Shown: positions 36,608 through 51,228 of the stretch, one piece after another
Numbering within the stretch: position 1 is the first letter of the stretch
Layout of the letters: each line of letters opens with the position of its first letter
Origin: Auanema rhodensis
Taxonomy: Eukaryota; Animalia; Nematoda
Direction: 5' to 3'
DNA length: 64,000 bases
Assembly (NCBI GenBank): GCA_964057225.1
Contig: OZ059894.1
Location: 10,416,001 to 10,480,000, forward strand
Position numbers and translations under genes: made by a program
The notes under the pieces: model-generated
What the model saw: the letters and a program-made list of their open reading frames with translations, nothing else
Databases searched by the model: none
Told to the model about the DNA's origin: nothing

Positions 36608-39600
36608 AATCTAAAATAATATTTAATAAAAATATATAATTAAGATAAGGATTAAGAACGAAAAATATTATTTTTCAAATGAAGAAGTGAGAAAAAAAAA
36701 GAAAAATCACTGTAGCAGACTTGGCGGAAACAAACTAAATTTGCGCAATCTTTGAACAAAACCTTCGCATTTTGTGAATGCAGGTGCTTAATTTTGAAAT
36801 TATAAATAATTATTTTTGAATTTCATTATATATATATATATTCAACAGATGATAATTATAATGAAATGGTGTGTCCCCTAATATACTAAAGAAAAAAAAA
36901 GAAATTATTTAATAAAGTATAAATAATATTTAATTATAAAAAGATTATTTAAAATAAAATGCGTCGGAATAGAATATAATATAATGACGTTGATTGTTCG
37001 GAAGAAAAGTTACTTCAAACTTCAAAAAATAATTTTTTTCATAAAAAATAAACTATTTTTGATACATCTATTATCTGTTTCTGTTAATAGTAACAAGTTT
37101 TTTTTGTGTCTTACTATATAAACCAGAAGCTTTATCAGCTTTGCTTTATGAAAAGATTTGTTTGAAGACGGCTGCTTGTCCTATTATCATTATTATTTAA
37201 TTCTGACAATGTTCTTACATGAAGTAATCCATGTCATATTATTATAAGAAGTACTTTATTTTTTTATCACAAGTATAATAAGGAGATATAGAAAGAGAGG
37301 GGAGAGAGAGAGAGAGAAAGAGAAAGAGAGAGATGATATACATAAATATATTAATAATTAAATATATATTTTTATATTTAACTATTAATTATATTAATTA
37401 TTATTGTCATCATCTCAATTTTTTTTATTGGCAAATTCATTTAAGTATGCTAATTATTTTTAAACTGTTTCACGTGCGTGGAAGTGGCGTACGGTGGTAC
37501 CATTCTTATTTTCCATGATGGCGATGCTATGAAGCGGTTATACATTTATATTTTCTTCAATTTTTTTATTAAATTAAATTCAAAATTATTTTTTTTTTAT
37601 AATAAAAATATTAAATTTATAATAAATATATTATATTATTAACAATATGATAATATATTTAGTTTTTTGTTAACTATTAATAATATTTTCATCTATAATA
37701 CGTACTGTATTCTAACAATTTGATATAGTAAACGAATATAATTATTATAATATATTACATATATATAATATATATTTATAGAATATATTAAGATTATAAT
37801 AATATTTCTAAAATGAGTATGATGAGGACTTTGTTATTCCAATTTTCTTCATTCTTTTCACCTTCTTAACCTTTTCGTCGAATTCCACTTATAATCCTTA
37901 TTTGAGATTATTTTTTTAAAATTATATACATATATAATATATATATAATATATTTCTAAGAAAATTATTGTTTTTGAAGTAGCTTATGAAAATCCTTAAA
38001 TTCTCATTAATAGATCAGAAAGAAAAAAAATGATGTTTGTTGCTTTATTTTAAAATATTTTTATACTATATGTATATAATAAATAAAAATTATTATAAAT
38101 AAATAAATATTTAAATTTATTTTTGAAACATCAATGATAATCAGGACGACGATGACGATAATACTGATGATGATATGTGTTCTCTAATACTACGTTGGTG
38201 TATGTGACATCTTATGGTTCTTATGCTGAAGGTCATTCTCTCCACAAGGAAGAACCTCGGAACTATTCACATTCTTAACTCTCAATCTCTCTCTGAATCT
38301 CTCTCACTTTCATTCATTCATTCTCTCTCTCTCTTCTTTCTTTACTATCTATCTATCACTCTCTATACCTAACTACCTTAGTATCTCTTACATTCATTAC
38401 AATATTTCTTATTTCGTTTCCTTTTTTCCTCCATCTATCTCTTTCTTTTAAAATCTATCTCATTCACATGTCTTTGATCTTTTTCTCTTCTATGAGACTG
38501 TCTTCCAGCCAATTCATACTTTTTTCCCTTTAGAACCGTGTTGCCTGATCTACAATCCTTCGTCTAATAGAATCGAGACATCAACACTTCGTCTCCTCAT
38601 CTTCTCTCTTCTTATCCATGTCTCTTGCGCATCTATCTTCTAACTGATGACGTGTTCAACATCAACTTTTCACAAACTTATTGTTTTTTTCTTTTTCTTT
38701 TCAATATGTATCTATAGAATTTTCTTTTTTTTTCTCATCTTTCTGATGAATCATTCGAATTATCTTCATAGTTCATCGTTTCAATATGCCTCCTATATCA
38801 TTCTAATTCATTATTTTAACTATTTTTACATCAAATTTTCTTTAAAATTTCCCATTCTACTGAAATCATTTATGGACTCTTTCCTCTCTAATAGTACCCT
38901 GATGTTATTATATTCTTGAATGGTTTATATCATATACTCTACGAATATACCCAGTACATAGTATATAGGAACAAGTTAACAAGAAACAGGAATAACTGGC
39001 TATTGTCTTCAAAATTTCTGTTCTTCTTAGCCCCCCCACTGGCCTCTCTCCCTCTCTCTATTTCTCTTTCACTCTCTTGTAGTGCTAACACCCTTCTAAG
39101 GTTCATAGTAGCTTCTTGTCCTTAGACTCTTTATGCTATACTTCTATTATTATCATTTATTCACAAATTAAATTAATAAAAAAACATTAAAAATACAAAA
39201 TTTCTATGAAAAAAAGGTAAAAGAAACCAATTTTATGATAAAACAACATCTAAATTCATCTAAATTCATATAAATCTAATGTTCTCTTAATGATTCTAAT
39301 TATCAAAAATAAAATGTTTTGGCTTATATCCAATAGAAGAAGATGACTGGATTTGCCTCTCTTACAATAGAAAATTGAGTTGATGATGTTGATCAAGTAG
39401 TATTGAATCCAGTTATTTTTTTGAGTCAAGTACGAATAATCCAATGGACTTCCATCATCAACTGTACCGTCTCAGCATATTAAAGGACCCCCCACCTCTC
39501 CTTCTTCCGACCCGTCTTCTCTTCTTCGTTTACAAACCCTCCTTTCTCTCTTATTTTTACATTAAAATGAAGAATTTATTGAATATATTATTCATATAAT

Positions 39601-40897
39601 TATAATAAAACTATTATTTCATTTATTAAATATATTGTATTCGTTAGATAAGTAAAAGGTCAAAAGTCATAGAATAACTTGTTTGACATACATACACACA
39701 ATCTGTAATTCTTGAAGGTATTTTGATCTCTTCACTTGATCAAGTTCATCAATTGAATTTCGATACAAAAATTGTAATTAATAGCCGTTTCCTCTTGAAA
39801 GAATAAAGATTTTCATGAAATTTGTGACGAAATACCAGTGAAATAGTCTTGTTTCTAAGCAAAAACATGATTTTTTTGAAACGATAAAGCTTTTTATCTT
39901 TCAAGTTTAAGGATTTTTAAACATAATACTTATTCCTATTTATGTTTATTTCATTGATTATCATTTTTCTTTTGTTCCCAACATAGCACTACTACCTGTT
40001 TAACCGGTTTTGCTTCTTCTTACTCATCTTCTAACTATTGCTCCTCAACCTCATTTTACTTGGTGTGGTCGACCTTCTCCTCTTTCGTGGTCATCAACGT
40101 CTTCTTCTATCTCCACATCTTTAGTTATGTGCATTCAAAATACAAAATACTATGAAATCATGATCTTTCTAGACTCCTTCTTGCTTCTTTAGCATAAATT
40201 CCATCCAAGGTTTCTCTCCAACAAAGTATATTTCCAATTTCAGAAAAAAATCTAGTTTTTTCCAAACAATCATACATATACATACGCATAGTTTGTAACT
40301 GAGCTCTTCTGATTTCTATACCATGCAAGGCTATATGAGTCTGATGTATAGAGAGGATTTCGCTACATGGTTGAAGGGCATCATCCGATTACAAATGTTC
40401 CCATTTCGAACACATCCTTCTCTGTCCATCAGACAAAATCTTTTTATATTTTAAATTCTTTTTTTTAATATTTTCATTTCATTTTCCTGCTTTGACATCA
40501 AGAAACAACCCTTCAACTTCTATATTATTTCCTCAATCATCATGCTTTCATCTTTCCATTTGATTACACTTTCATTGAACATATTATACATTCAAACATG
40601 TATATTCCAGTATATTATTCATTTATTTAAATTAAAATATAAATTTATATAAATCCTTATATAGTATATATAAGTTTTCTTTAATGTTCTTTTTTTCATT
40701 TTTATATTTTTCTATATACATAACTAACATGTCAATAAGTAAGTAAGTAAGTAAGTAAGTTGTATATGATGATGAACAATTACCAATCATCACCGCCATT
40801 ATAATAAACATCATCATCAATGGCTCACCTGTTCTTCTTCTTGTTCTTCTTCCTCTTTCTCAAAAAAAAAAAAACAAACTTTCATATACATTCATGT

Positions 40898-41006
<109 letters not shown>

Positions 41007-41775
41007 ATTCTTTCACTTTGTCTATCCTAAACGTTAAGAAAACTTGTGTATAGTATGTGGATATTTGTTTTCAAAAATCTATTTTTTCATTCCAAAAGTT
41101 ACATTTTTTTTTTGTTTCATGTACTTCGTTAAATAGATAAAGTACTTTGTATTTAGCAAATGACTGTGTAGCTTATTTTGAATCAAATCAACTATTTAGT
41201 TCAAATTCATCTTAATCAATTATGGTCCCTTTAGCCTATCTTATGATTGAAAATGTGTCAGATTTTGACCTTTTACTTTCATTATACGTCTCCTGATTTT
41301 ATATTTTCCTTTGGTTCATTTATATTTTATGTCTTAATCAGAAACATTTTACTATTTTTGTATTTTAACTCAAAACCATTACTTACTATTTTCCTTTTAA
41401 AGCACTTAGAATATACAATCTTAATGCTTTTTCAGCTAATTATCATATTAGTCGTTGATTGTACTTGGCACGTGAATCTCACGTAAGATGCTTGTATAGC
41501 ATTAACAGGTTCATTTTCATTAGAAACATTTGCAGAGAACGGTTGTATTTCTGTCATATTTCCTTATATTCATTCAAAAACTTCTTTCTATTGCTTTATT
41601 CTTTTTTCTTTTCGACTTTAAAGGATAATTGTTCAGCTACTCTTAGTGAACAAGTTTATAATCTAGTTCCTATTGTATGCCGTCGTCAACTGTTTTATCG
41701 TTTTCTTAGATTTCTTTTCTTTTTTTCCCTTTTTCCCTTTTACCATCTATTTCAATTCTATTTTAAGAACTTAAT

Positions 41776-42937
41776 ATGGATAACTATATCTCAGTTGATC
41801 CTCTAACTAATAAACCTGTAGATTGTTGGAGGAAATATGTAAATCAAGGACGAATTTGTGAACCAATTCGAACTTTAAGGTTATTTTTATTATTTTTATT
41901 ATATTATTTATAAATTATTTTAGATTAAATACTCCAATTTATGAGAATAAAATTCGATTTGTCTGTATATCTGATACACATAGTAAATTGGATGAGGTAT
42001 TGAGCTGATTTCTTAATTTCAAAACATAAGATTTCGAATACGTTGAAGCTTATTCCAACTATTCCTGACGGTGATGTTCTCATACATGCTGGTGATTTTA
42101 CTAATGGAGGAGATCTAGGAGAAGTTATCAAATTTAATGCTGAAATTGGTAAATTTTCTTTTATTTTTTTGAAAAATTATATTAAAAAACAAATAATTTC
42201 TAGGATTACTTCCACATAAATATAAAATTGTAATAGCTGGTAATCATGAGTTAGGCTTTGAAGATGGAGAACGCCTAAACGATCGCCAGTTAGCTGGTTT
42301 AAGCATGTTAGGAATCAAAAAACCTTATGATTTGTTATCTAATTGTACATATCTTTGTGACAAAATGATTGAGGTTTCTTCAATACTAGAGAATATTTGT
42401 AAATATTTAATCTGATTCTAGGTATACGGTATCAAAATCTATGGAACACCATGGCATTGTATGCCAGGTTATTCGTTCTATAGAACTCGTGGTCAAAAGA
42501 TTCTTCACAAATGGAATCAAATTCCAGCTAAAGTTGATGTTCTAATCACCCATACACCTCCATTAGGTATTTAACTATAATATAATCAGTTATAAATATA
42601 AGTTTATATCATATAGGTCATGGAGATTTTAATTCATGGAATAAAATGGATGGAATATTAGCTGGATGTGCTGAACTATTGAATACAGTTGAACAACGAG
42701 TAAAACCAAAATATCATGTGTTCGGACATGTTCATCAGGTATTTCCTTCGGAACAAAATATATATTGAACATAAAGCTTAATCAATGTATATTCAGATGC
42801 ATGGTGTTACAACCAACAATGAGACAATCTTCATAAATGCTTCCAGCGTTGATCATAAGCTTCGAAGTGCTTATCCTCCAATTATCTTTGATATTCCTTT
42901 GCCTCATGGTTTCAAGAAGGATGATTTGAAAAATTAG
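41776..42937 (+). CDS. UPF0046 / MPPED (239FB-like) calcineurin-like metallophosphoesterase
   Basis: The spliced product contains RFVCISDTH, DVLIHAGDFT, IVIAGNHE, IYGTPW, DVLITHTPPLGHGD, KPKYHVFGHVH and FINAS. Additional upstream exons are possible. Confidence 0.94.
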
Positions 42938-45900
42938 AAATCTGGAAGAGATCTTATCGTTAATCCTTTCATTTCCCATGAAATTCTTTTTTTGATATTA
43001 GAAATTCATTGAACCTAGTCTTAATATGAAATAGTCTATTAACACTCTCTCACATATCCCTTAAATAGTCATTAGATTAACTATATAATATTATATAATA
43101 TTAGTTATATTTATCATAATTCTGTATATATCTCTGTGTGTGTGTGTCTCTCTCTCTCTATCTCTCTGTCGCTGTCTCTCTCTCTCTATCTATCTATATA
43201 GATCTTCTTATACCTCTTTCTACTATTTCTCTCTTTTCCTCAGAATTGAATTTCTTTTTTAAAAATATCGGCTTGTGTGTCATCATCATATACTATAATC
43301 TGATTAATGATCCAACTTTTACAGTTGTTTATCCTTAAGAAGAAAAAAAAGCAAAATTATTTCAATTATTTTCAAATAATTTCAATGAAAGAATAGCATT
43401 GTAGATCTAAATATAATCCGGGTTTCTTCAATAATTCATTTAACTATATCATATAGTTAAGGTCAAATCAATTCAAAAACGTAAATGTTGTAAATCTTCA
43501 AATTTATAAATGATAAACGATAAACGATCTCTAGATTCCAACAACTCAACTACTATAGCCTTTCCATGTAGAAATTTTAATTTTTTTTGTTTTTTTAATC
43601 TTTTAAAACAACATAATAAACTATTCTTTGCTTGCACATCTAGAAGACAAGCAAACTTCTTTCTAAAAGAGAAAAGAACCAAAAAAAAGTTTTTTTGAAG
43701 CTTTTAAAAAGAAAAAAAAAAAGATATTTAGCCTTCTTTGCTTATATTATGAATAAACCTTTATTGAAACAATTGTATTTTTATTTAATAAATATAAATT
43801 AAACAATAATTTGTAAGAATATTATCATATAGTTAAGTATATCATATAGTATATATTATTATTATTCTTTATAATCTTTTTTTTTTCAAGGAAAATACAA
43901 ATGAAATATGAAATGTTGTAACTCTTGTGTATCTGACTCCCTCTTACTATCTATTTCTCTCTTTCTCTCTGTTACATCTCCCTTTATCCATTTTCGGTTC
44001 TTTTTTTTGTGATCTGAAAGTGTCAGCTCTTGTGTTTTCTATGTTTTTCCTTCTTCACGAGGTGACTGTTCGTCGTTCTATCAGCGTGCGAGAATCAGCT
44101 CTTTGAAGAGCTTTATGTCAATATTTCGTCTTCGACTTTCTTTTTCTCTTTCTTCTACATAACGTTTGGCTTTCCTTCCGACGTCTCTCTCAATATCCCA
44201 TTGTCTTTAGTCATCTATTCCTCACATTCTTCAACTGTCTCAGCTTAATGTGCTGACTGACCATCAGTCTCTTTAAAACAATGTTAATCTATATTAGGAT
44301 TTGGACAGCGTTAAATGAGCTACAGTGCTAATGAAGAGGAGGATTGTATTGGTCAACGAAGAGAAAGAAAATCATTTTCGAGACATTTAGACAGATGAAA
44401 GTATTAAGAAAAGACGTGAAATTCCAAAGTTGACAGCTGGTTCATTAAAAATTTATAAGAAAGAAATCTCTCATCACAATTTTTGAAACAAATTTTATTT
44501 GTTATATCTTAATCTTATATGGTTTTTTGAAATTTTTCTTTTATTAAAAAAGGGAGAAGATATATGAAATTCAACCGCATCAACGTCAGAATATTGTAAA
44601 AATAATTGACGAGGAGTACGTAATTCACGTGACTTATTACGTGAATACGTTATTTTACGTTATTTCAGTATTCTAATGAGCTATATTTCTCCATATAAAC
44701 AATGAAAAAACAAAATGTTGCGAATCTTTAACTAAACGTTGACCTGAAATTCAGAATTTCATTCTAGTTTTCTTGAAAACAGGATGATGATTGTTGAAGA
44801 TGATTATGAAATTAAGAGAAATGGAATCAAAAGCTTCAAAATGGAAACCAGATCAACATGTTCGTACAATGTTCTTAAACGTCATAACACTTGAGATCGT
44901 TTCGGAACGAATACGAAACTCAAAATTTTCTGAAAAAATTTTTTTATCATTAGTCACAAATTCCCATCTTTGAGATTATTGTATAAGAGATTGGGGGTTG
45001 ACGATGAGATTTGTGAATTTTTTTGTCTGAAATTCCAGTTGCCAAAAGGATGATAGGAACGCTTTAATTGAAATTGCAATAGATGACGAAAATTCCTCTT
45101 AAAACTCAAAATGATGAATAAGCACTTTGAGTGAGAGAATGCAGAAGCAGGAGCATGGTAAGAGGGCAATTGATTCAAACAAGGCTTTTCAAGTGCATCT
45201 GAAAATAGCTTGAGGCAATCTCTTATCAGCATCTTGATTATGTGTGCACTCTGCGTATGTTTATCCGCTGACCATCAATTGCACCGTTCTTCGTATCTGC
45301 CTCTCGTCTCTTATTATGAAACAACGAAATAAGTAGAATGAGAGTTGAAGAAAGTCTGGGATCTCTGTCTTTGGTTCTTATTCATCTCTTTCCTCTTCTT
45401 TTTTATCTCTCAAATTTTCTCCCCCTCTTTCTCTCTCTATTTGTAAGCATCACTCTCTGTATTTCCTTCATTTTCTTTGTGTTCTCTTTCATTCTCTCCT
45501 TACCCTTATCGGCTTCAAAGAACCGCTAACAGCTCCTAAGACTATTCAGATGACCGTGGGGCTTAAACAGCGAGCAGGTTGACTAAGCGCTTCGGAGCCG
45601 AACGCTAAGCCGACGAGAGGTTAAGCAGCTGCTCATGAACTCGTCTCATCTCAGCAGCAACCGGTCAGTCAGTACCCCTGTCTCGGGCGGTCCTCCCTTT
45701 CCAGCCCCCTCTTCCACCCCTCAGGCAATATAGACACGTTCCGCCCACCGGTTGAAGCTTTTCAAATCAGTCAGTCAGTCGAATTATATCATCGACAGTC
45801 TTCCGTTTTAAGCCAGAGGGCTGATCATGGAAGTCATCAGTCGGTATTCCCTTCAAGATCCTATATGATCGTGCCTCTTCAGAATCTTCTGCTTCCAAAG

Positions 45901-46843
45901 AGTTTTCCAAATATTTTCTCGTCAACTATCATTTAACATATTCATGTCTTCACAGTCTTCTTCTGCTAATTAATCATATTATTCGGTTATTATAGTATGC
46001 TTGTTCGAAGGAATTCAAAGAATTTTCTGTTATCTCTTTGCCTGTCCTCAACGTGAGCTCTTCTCAACGATATCTTCTTGTTTTCCAATTTTATTATTTT
46101 CTTTCTTTGTATGTGGCTAGTAGCCTTCAGTCTTACACAGCGGTCGAGTTATTAATAAGACAAGTGCTGAGAATGAAATTGCTGCCTCTCTCCCTGCTTC
46201 AGGTGCTGGTAAAGTCCCAAAAGTGTTTGCTCTGTTCTTGGTGGCCTAGATCGCTTTGCTGCTGCATCTAAATGAACCTATTCGCCTTCAGTTTCTTCTT
46301 ACTAACCGTCAGTGTAGTCTGTCGTCGTCGCCGTCGAAACTGACCACGCTGTGTCTATGCTCGGACACTGGCCACAGTTAGTATGCTCCGATAGAGTATT
46401 CAAACTGAAGAGATCACAGCCTGAGTTTGATGAAGAGAAAGTTGAAGAACACGAGAAGGAACGGAGTCAAAAGAGAGAGAAACTTTCTCTCCTTTTGCCT
46501 CCACCCCCCCCCTGTGTCCCATCATTCTCAGATCGTATTGTTCGCTTGCTCACGCTTCAACTTTTAAAACATTAACTTCTAGTTACTATGTTGTCTCTTC
46601 TAACTCATCTTAAACCATTCAATCAAATTCTAAATATAAAAATACAAACATATAACTTGACTTTGATTTCTCTTCTGAACCATCTCTGTCTTTCCTCCCA
46701 CTTTATGACTACTTGCTATTCTTCTTCTAAGTATTTCCACACTCTTCTCCATTTCATATTCTTATATTCTCATATTCGAATTAGTTTTTTCATTTCAATC
46801 GTTTTTCAAAATTTTCCAAATTTCAGAAAACCACAGCAGAAAA

Positions 46844-49800
46844 ATGCGCTTGTCGTGGTTTCTGATTTCCTTATTGGCCATCGGCGCCATGGCCGACGAA
46901 AAGAAAGCCAAAGAATCGACTACGACGGTCGAACCAGTTAAAGAAACCAAGGAAAAGGTTGAGGTCAGTTTCAGATAAACATATTTATTTTTTATAAACA
47001 ATCATAGAACTAAATTTCTTCCAATTTCTTCTTATTTTCATTATTTCTCTAGTTGTCTCCATACCGCAACTTGTAACTATCGCTCTCTCTCTCTTTCTTT
47101 CTCAATAAAAATCTTTCTCTTGTATGCTTTTAACAAAACTAGTTTGTGATGACCATGGGTCAATGTGCAAACTATAGCAGCCTGAGATTGTTGTACCTTA
47201 CTTCGAGAGACATTCCTGAAAATGAAATTTCAAAAAAAAAAAGAAGGTTAGGGTTAGAAAGAGAGAATATGTTCTACGAAAATGGGGGAAAAATACAAAA
47301 ACTACCTCTTCTCTTAGCTCATTATTTCGCTTTTTTTCATTTTTCCTTACTCCATTTGACGGACTTTTCTATGTTTGTTTTTGATTTTGTTTGAGCTCGA
47401 CTATTACAGAAACATCAGCAGTGTCCTTTTCTCCTTATTCTTTTTTTTTCTTTAGAAAAGTATAAAACACGAAATTTAAAAGAAAATCAAAAGAAATTTC
47501 ATTAAAAATCTTCAATTTCGTATAGAAATTTCAATTATATGATATAGTTAAGCTTATTAAAACTTAGGTTTGAGTTTCGTACAGTTTAGCTTTTAATGAC
47601 TTTCAACGATTAATTTATGTTGTCGCCGTAGTGAAGGCTACTTTCTTCTTCTTCTTCTTCTTCTTTAACCCCTCTCTCTCTCTCTCTCTCTCTTCATCTC
47701 TCTCTATATATATTTCTCTTATTTTCTTTATTTTCTTATTTTCTCCTCATCTATAAACCATAATTCTGTATTCCCGACCCATCTCTTTCTCTCATTTCTG
47801 TGCATAGGTTTATATTTGAGTAGTCACAAAGACAAACGTTTGATGCAGAGAGAAATTTGCTCTTTATTGAACGTCAGTCAAATATTTTCAAACGAAAGTC
47901 CTCATTTACATTTATAAAATTCAAGAAAATATAAAGAAAATACAAATAAATGAAAATAACTTATAGGAACCCGTAAAAGCTACGAACGAAACGAAGGCAG
48001 TTATCCGAGCCAAGAGACAATGCTGCTATGCTCAACAAACAAGCTGCTGTGCTGCTTCAACCTCTAACAGTTGTAACTGTCAGGCACTTCAAATTCAGGT
48101 AATCTTTACACTTAACAACAAGGACTATCTTTGACTTCCTTAGGTTCAACAATGCGATTGCGCTAATATGCTCCAAAACCAGTGCGGTTGTCAAGCTAAT
48201 CAAGCTCCATCTTGCAACTGCGGTCAGCTTCAACAACAGTTCTCTAGCTGTGGATGTGGTGCTTTGACTTACCAAGTATGAAGTTGTAGTCCATGTTCAT
48301 TTAATCATATTCGATCTTTATAGGTTAGCTGTAACCAATGCCAAACTCAGCAACAAACTCCTCAAATCATCGTCGTCCAACAACCACAGCAACAACAACA
48401 GTGTGCTCCGGCCTGTATGCCATCTTGTCAACCACAGTGCGTCCAGCAGCAACAACAACAAATTATTGTTGTACAACAGCAACAGCAACAACAGTGTGCT
48501 CCAAGCTGTATGCCAGCTTGTCAGCCACAATGTGTCCAACAAGCCTGTGCTCCAGCTTGTCAGCCACTCTGTGCTCCTAGATGTGTTGAGCAGCAACAAC
48601 AACAAATTATCGTCCTCCAACAGCCACAACAGCAACAATGTGCTCCAAGCTGTATGCCAGCATGTCTTCCAGCCTGCACTCAGTCTTCCTCATGCGGATC
48701 TAACTGTAATCAACAACCTCAAGTCATCGTTGTTCAACAGCCACAGCAGCAACAACAGTGTGCTCCAAGCTGTATGCCAGCTTGTCAACCACAGTGTGTC
48801 CAACAACAGTGTGCTCCAGCCTGCCAGCCAATGTGTAGCCAACAGTGTGTTGAGCAACAAAAGGCTCAAATCATCGTTGTCCAACAACCACAGCAACAAC
48901 AGTGTGCTCCAAGCTGTATGCCAGCTTGTCAACCACAATGCGTCCAACAAGCCTGTGCCCCAGCCTGCCAGCCAATGTGTGGCCAACAGTGTGTTGAGCA
49001 ACAAAAGTCTCAAATTATCGTTATCCAACAACCAAGCCAACAACCATCCTGCAGCCCAGTCTGTCAACCATCATGCTCTCCACAATGTGTCCAACAACAA
49101 CAGATCTGTGTTGCTGCTTGTGAACCAAGTTGCCAGAGCTCATGCAGCTCCAACGCTCAATGTGTTAAGTCTTGCTTGCCTTCATGCGAAGAATCATGCG
49201 TTCAACAAGCTCAGCCAGTAATTGTTGTACAACAACCTCAATCCTGCCCACAAGCTTGTCAGCCAGCTTGCCAACCACAATGCGTGCAGCAGCAGACTGT
49301 ATGCCAATCAGCTTGCCAGCCAAGTTGCCAGAGCACCTGTGGAGGTAACACTCAATGTGTCCAGGCTTGCCTTCCCAGCTGTCAGTCTTCATGCGCATCC
49401 CAGCAGGTAAGAAAAGAAATCTAACTTTCTTATTCAAATATTTCCGTTTCAGTTCGTTGTAGTTCAACAACAGCCCCAACAACAATGTGTACCAGCCTGT
49501 CAGCCAGCTTGTCAACCTCAATGCGTTCAGCAACAGTCTATCTGCGTTCAAGCTTGTCAGCCAAGTTGTCAATCCAACTGCGGAGGAAACGTTCAATGCA
49601 CTCAAACTTGTCAAAATAGTTGCGAGCAATCATGTGGACAACAGCAAGTTGTTGTAGTTCAAGCTCAGCCAATTTGTGGACAATCTTGTCAGGTAAATCT
49701 TATTTTGGGAATGAAAAAACAATGAAAACACAAGTCAATGAAAGAAGAAAGTACTTAAGCTCATCATCAACAGCTTTTCCTCTTCCTTTGTCCACTTTTT

Positions 49801-50782
49801 TTTTGGAAATTGGAGAGGTATTTTTGGAATTATTTGCTGTTCGTGGTAAAGCTACGATTCTTCAAAGCATTGCCAGTTCTCCTTAAGTTTGTATAAGTCT
49901 ATGTTCAATACAAAAGAACATTTTCCATGTTTGGAAGAACCAAGAGAGTTGAGCGTGTTGTGTTAGTGGTCAGCAAAGATTTTGTTTGCTTATTTGAACT
50001 CTCGGAGAGGCAAGCAGACAAGAAAAACGTTGAAAAGACAAGGACGACTTGTGCAATATGGGGTAAAGTGTATGTGAGTTAGATGATGATATGAAAAAGA
50101 AAAGGGGAACAAATCATTTTTTGGACAAAAATAAGAAAATATGGATACAGTCGTAGCTAAAACAAAGGCTGATGATGACAATTAGTTCAACAAATACAAA
50201 AAAATCAAGAAGACGAGAGGAAAATATAGGGAAAAGCAAAAACTTGGATAGATAGATGTTTTTCATTTCATATTCTCTTCCTTTCTTCTTGTTTTAGCTC
50301 TCAACTCACAAGCCTTTCTTTTTTTTCTGTTCTTTTGTACAAGCTGCACGATTAAGCTTAGGTGGAAACTTAATGCTCGTACAATCCACTTGACCGATAG
50401 TCTCGAAATTATTTGAAAAAGCAGAATGTGTAGATTTTTCAAATTATAAAATTTATATTTGAGAAAAGGAAATTAGTTTTGAAATGAATTGTTGTTTGTT
50501 TCAGGCTCAACCCGTTATGCAATGTGCTCCACAATGCCAGCCTGCCTGCCAACCAGCATGTGTAGCTCAAGCTCAACAATTCGTTCAGCTTCCTGCCATC
50601 ACTATGTGTAACCAGGTAGGTATCCTAACCAAATTATCCACTGATATAAGCTTATTTAACAAACATTATTTCATCAATTATAGGCTTCCAACGGATGTGC
50701 TTGTGGAAGTGGATATTCTCAATGTATGCAAGGAGTCTGTTGTCTCAGAAAGCGACATCGCGTTGCTAAGAGCAAAGCTTAA
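46844..50782 (+). CDS. ABU/PQN-type secreted Gln/Cys/Pro-rich repeat protein (pharyngeal-cuticle-like)
   Basis: Signal peptide MRLSWFLISLLAIGAMA, a furin-like RAKR site before QCCY, many CAPSCMPACQPQCVQQ and IIVVQQPQQQQ repeats, and a C-terminal CACGSGYSQCMQGVCCLRKR motif typical of ABU/PQN paralogues. Confidence 0.9.
48330..49430 (+). repeat. Coding tandem repeats of the ABU/PQN protein
   Basis: Recurrent units such as cagtgtgctccaagctgtatgccagcttgtca(a/g)ccaca near 48492, 48757 and 48900. Confidence 0.9.
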
Positions 50783-51228
50783 ATTTGGAAAAACTTAAAT
50801 TATCTCTCCAACATGTGATTTTCTAGCTATTTCACCGTGATTGTTGTTTTCATTATCTTACTCTCTCTCTCTCTCACTCTCTCTCTCTCTTTCATATTGC
50901 AACCCATTAATACCTATAGTAAGCAGTTATATATTTCATGAAACAATCGTCAAAATAGTCGAATGTTCCAACTCTCTCTCTCTCTGTCTCTCTTATCAAC
51001 CCTTCTCTTCATCATGACTCTTTCTTGCTTTTGGAACTGTTGTTATGCGCTCTACAGTTGGTTGTTGCAAGTTGCAACATCCAGGAAGTTAGAATCATTC
51101 TTGTTGGTATCTACTATACAAGCACATGTTGCTTGAGAGATACTCCCTATTCTAGTCCTCTAGATAGCTTGCTCAGTTTCTACTGTTATTAATTTATTTT
51201 TTTTTATTTTCCGGCGGCGTCCATCCAG

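Noticed and set aside
48057-49629. Long antisense and alternative-frame ORFs (Leu/Trp-rich and Asn/Ser-rich)
   Set aside because: These are shadows of the repetitive CAA/TGT-rich ABU/PQN coding sequence.
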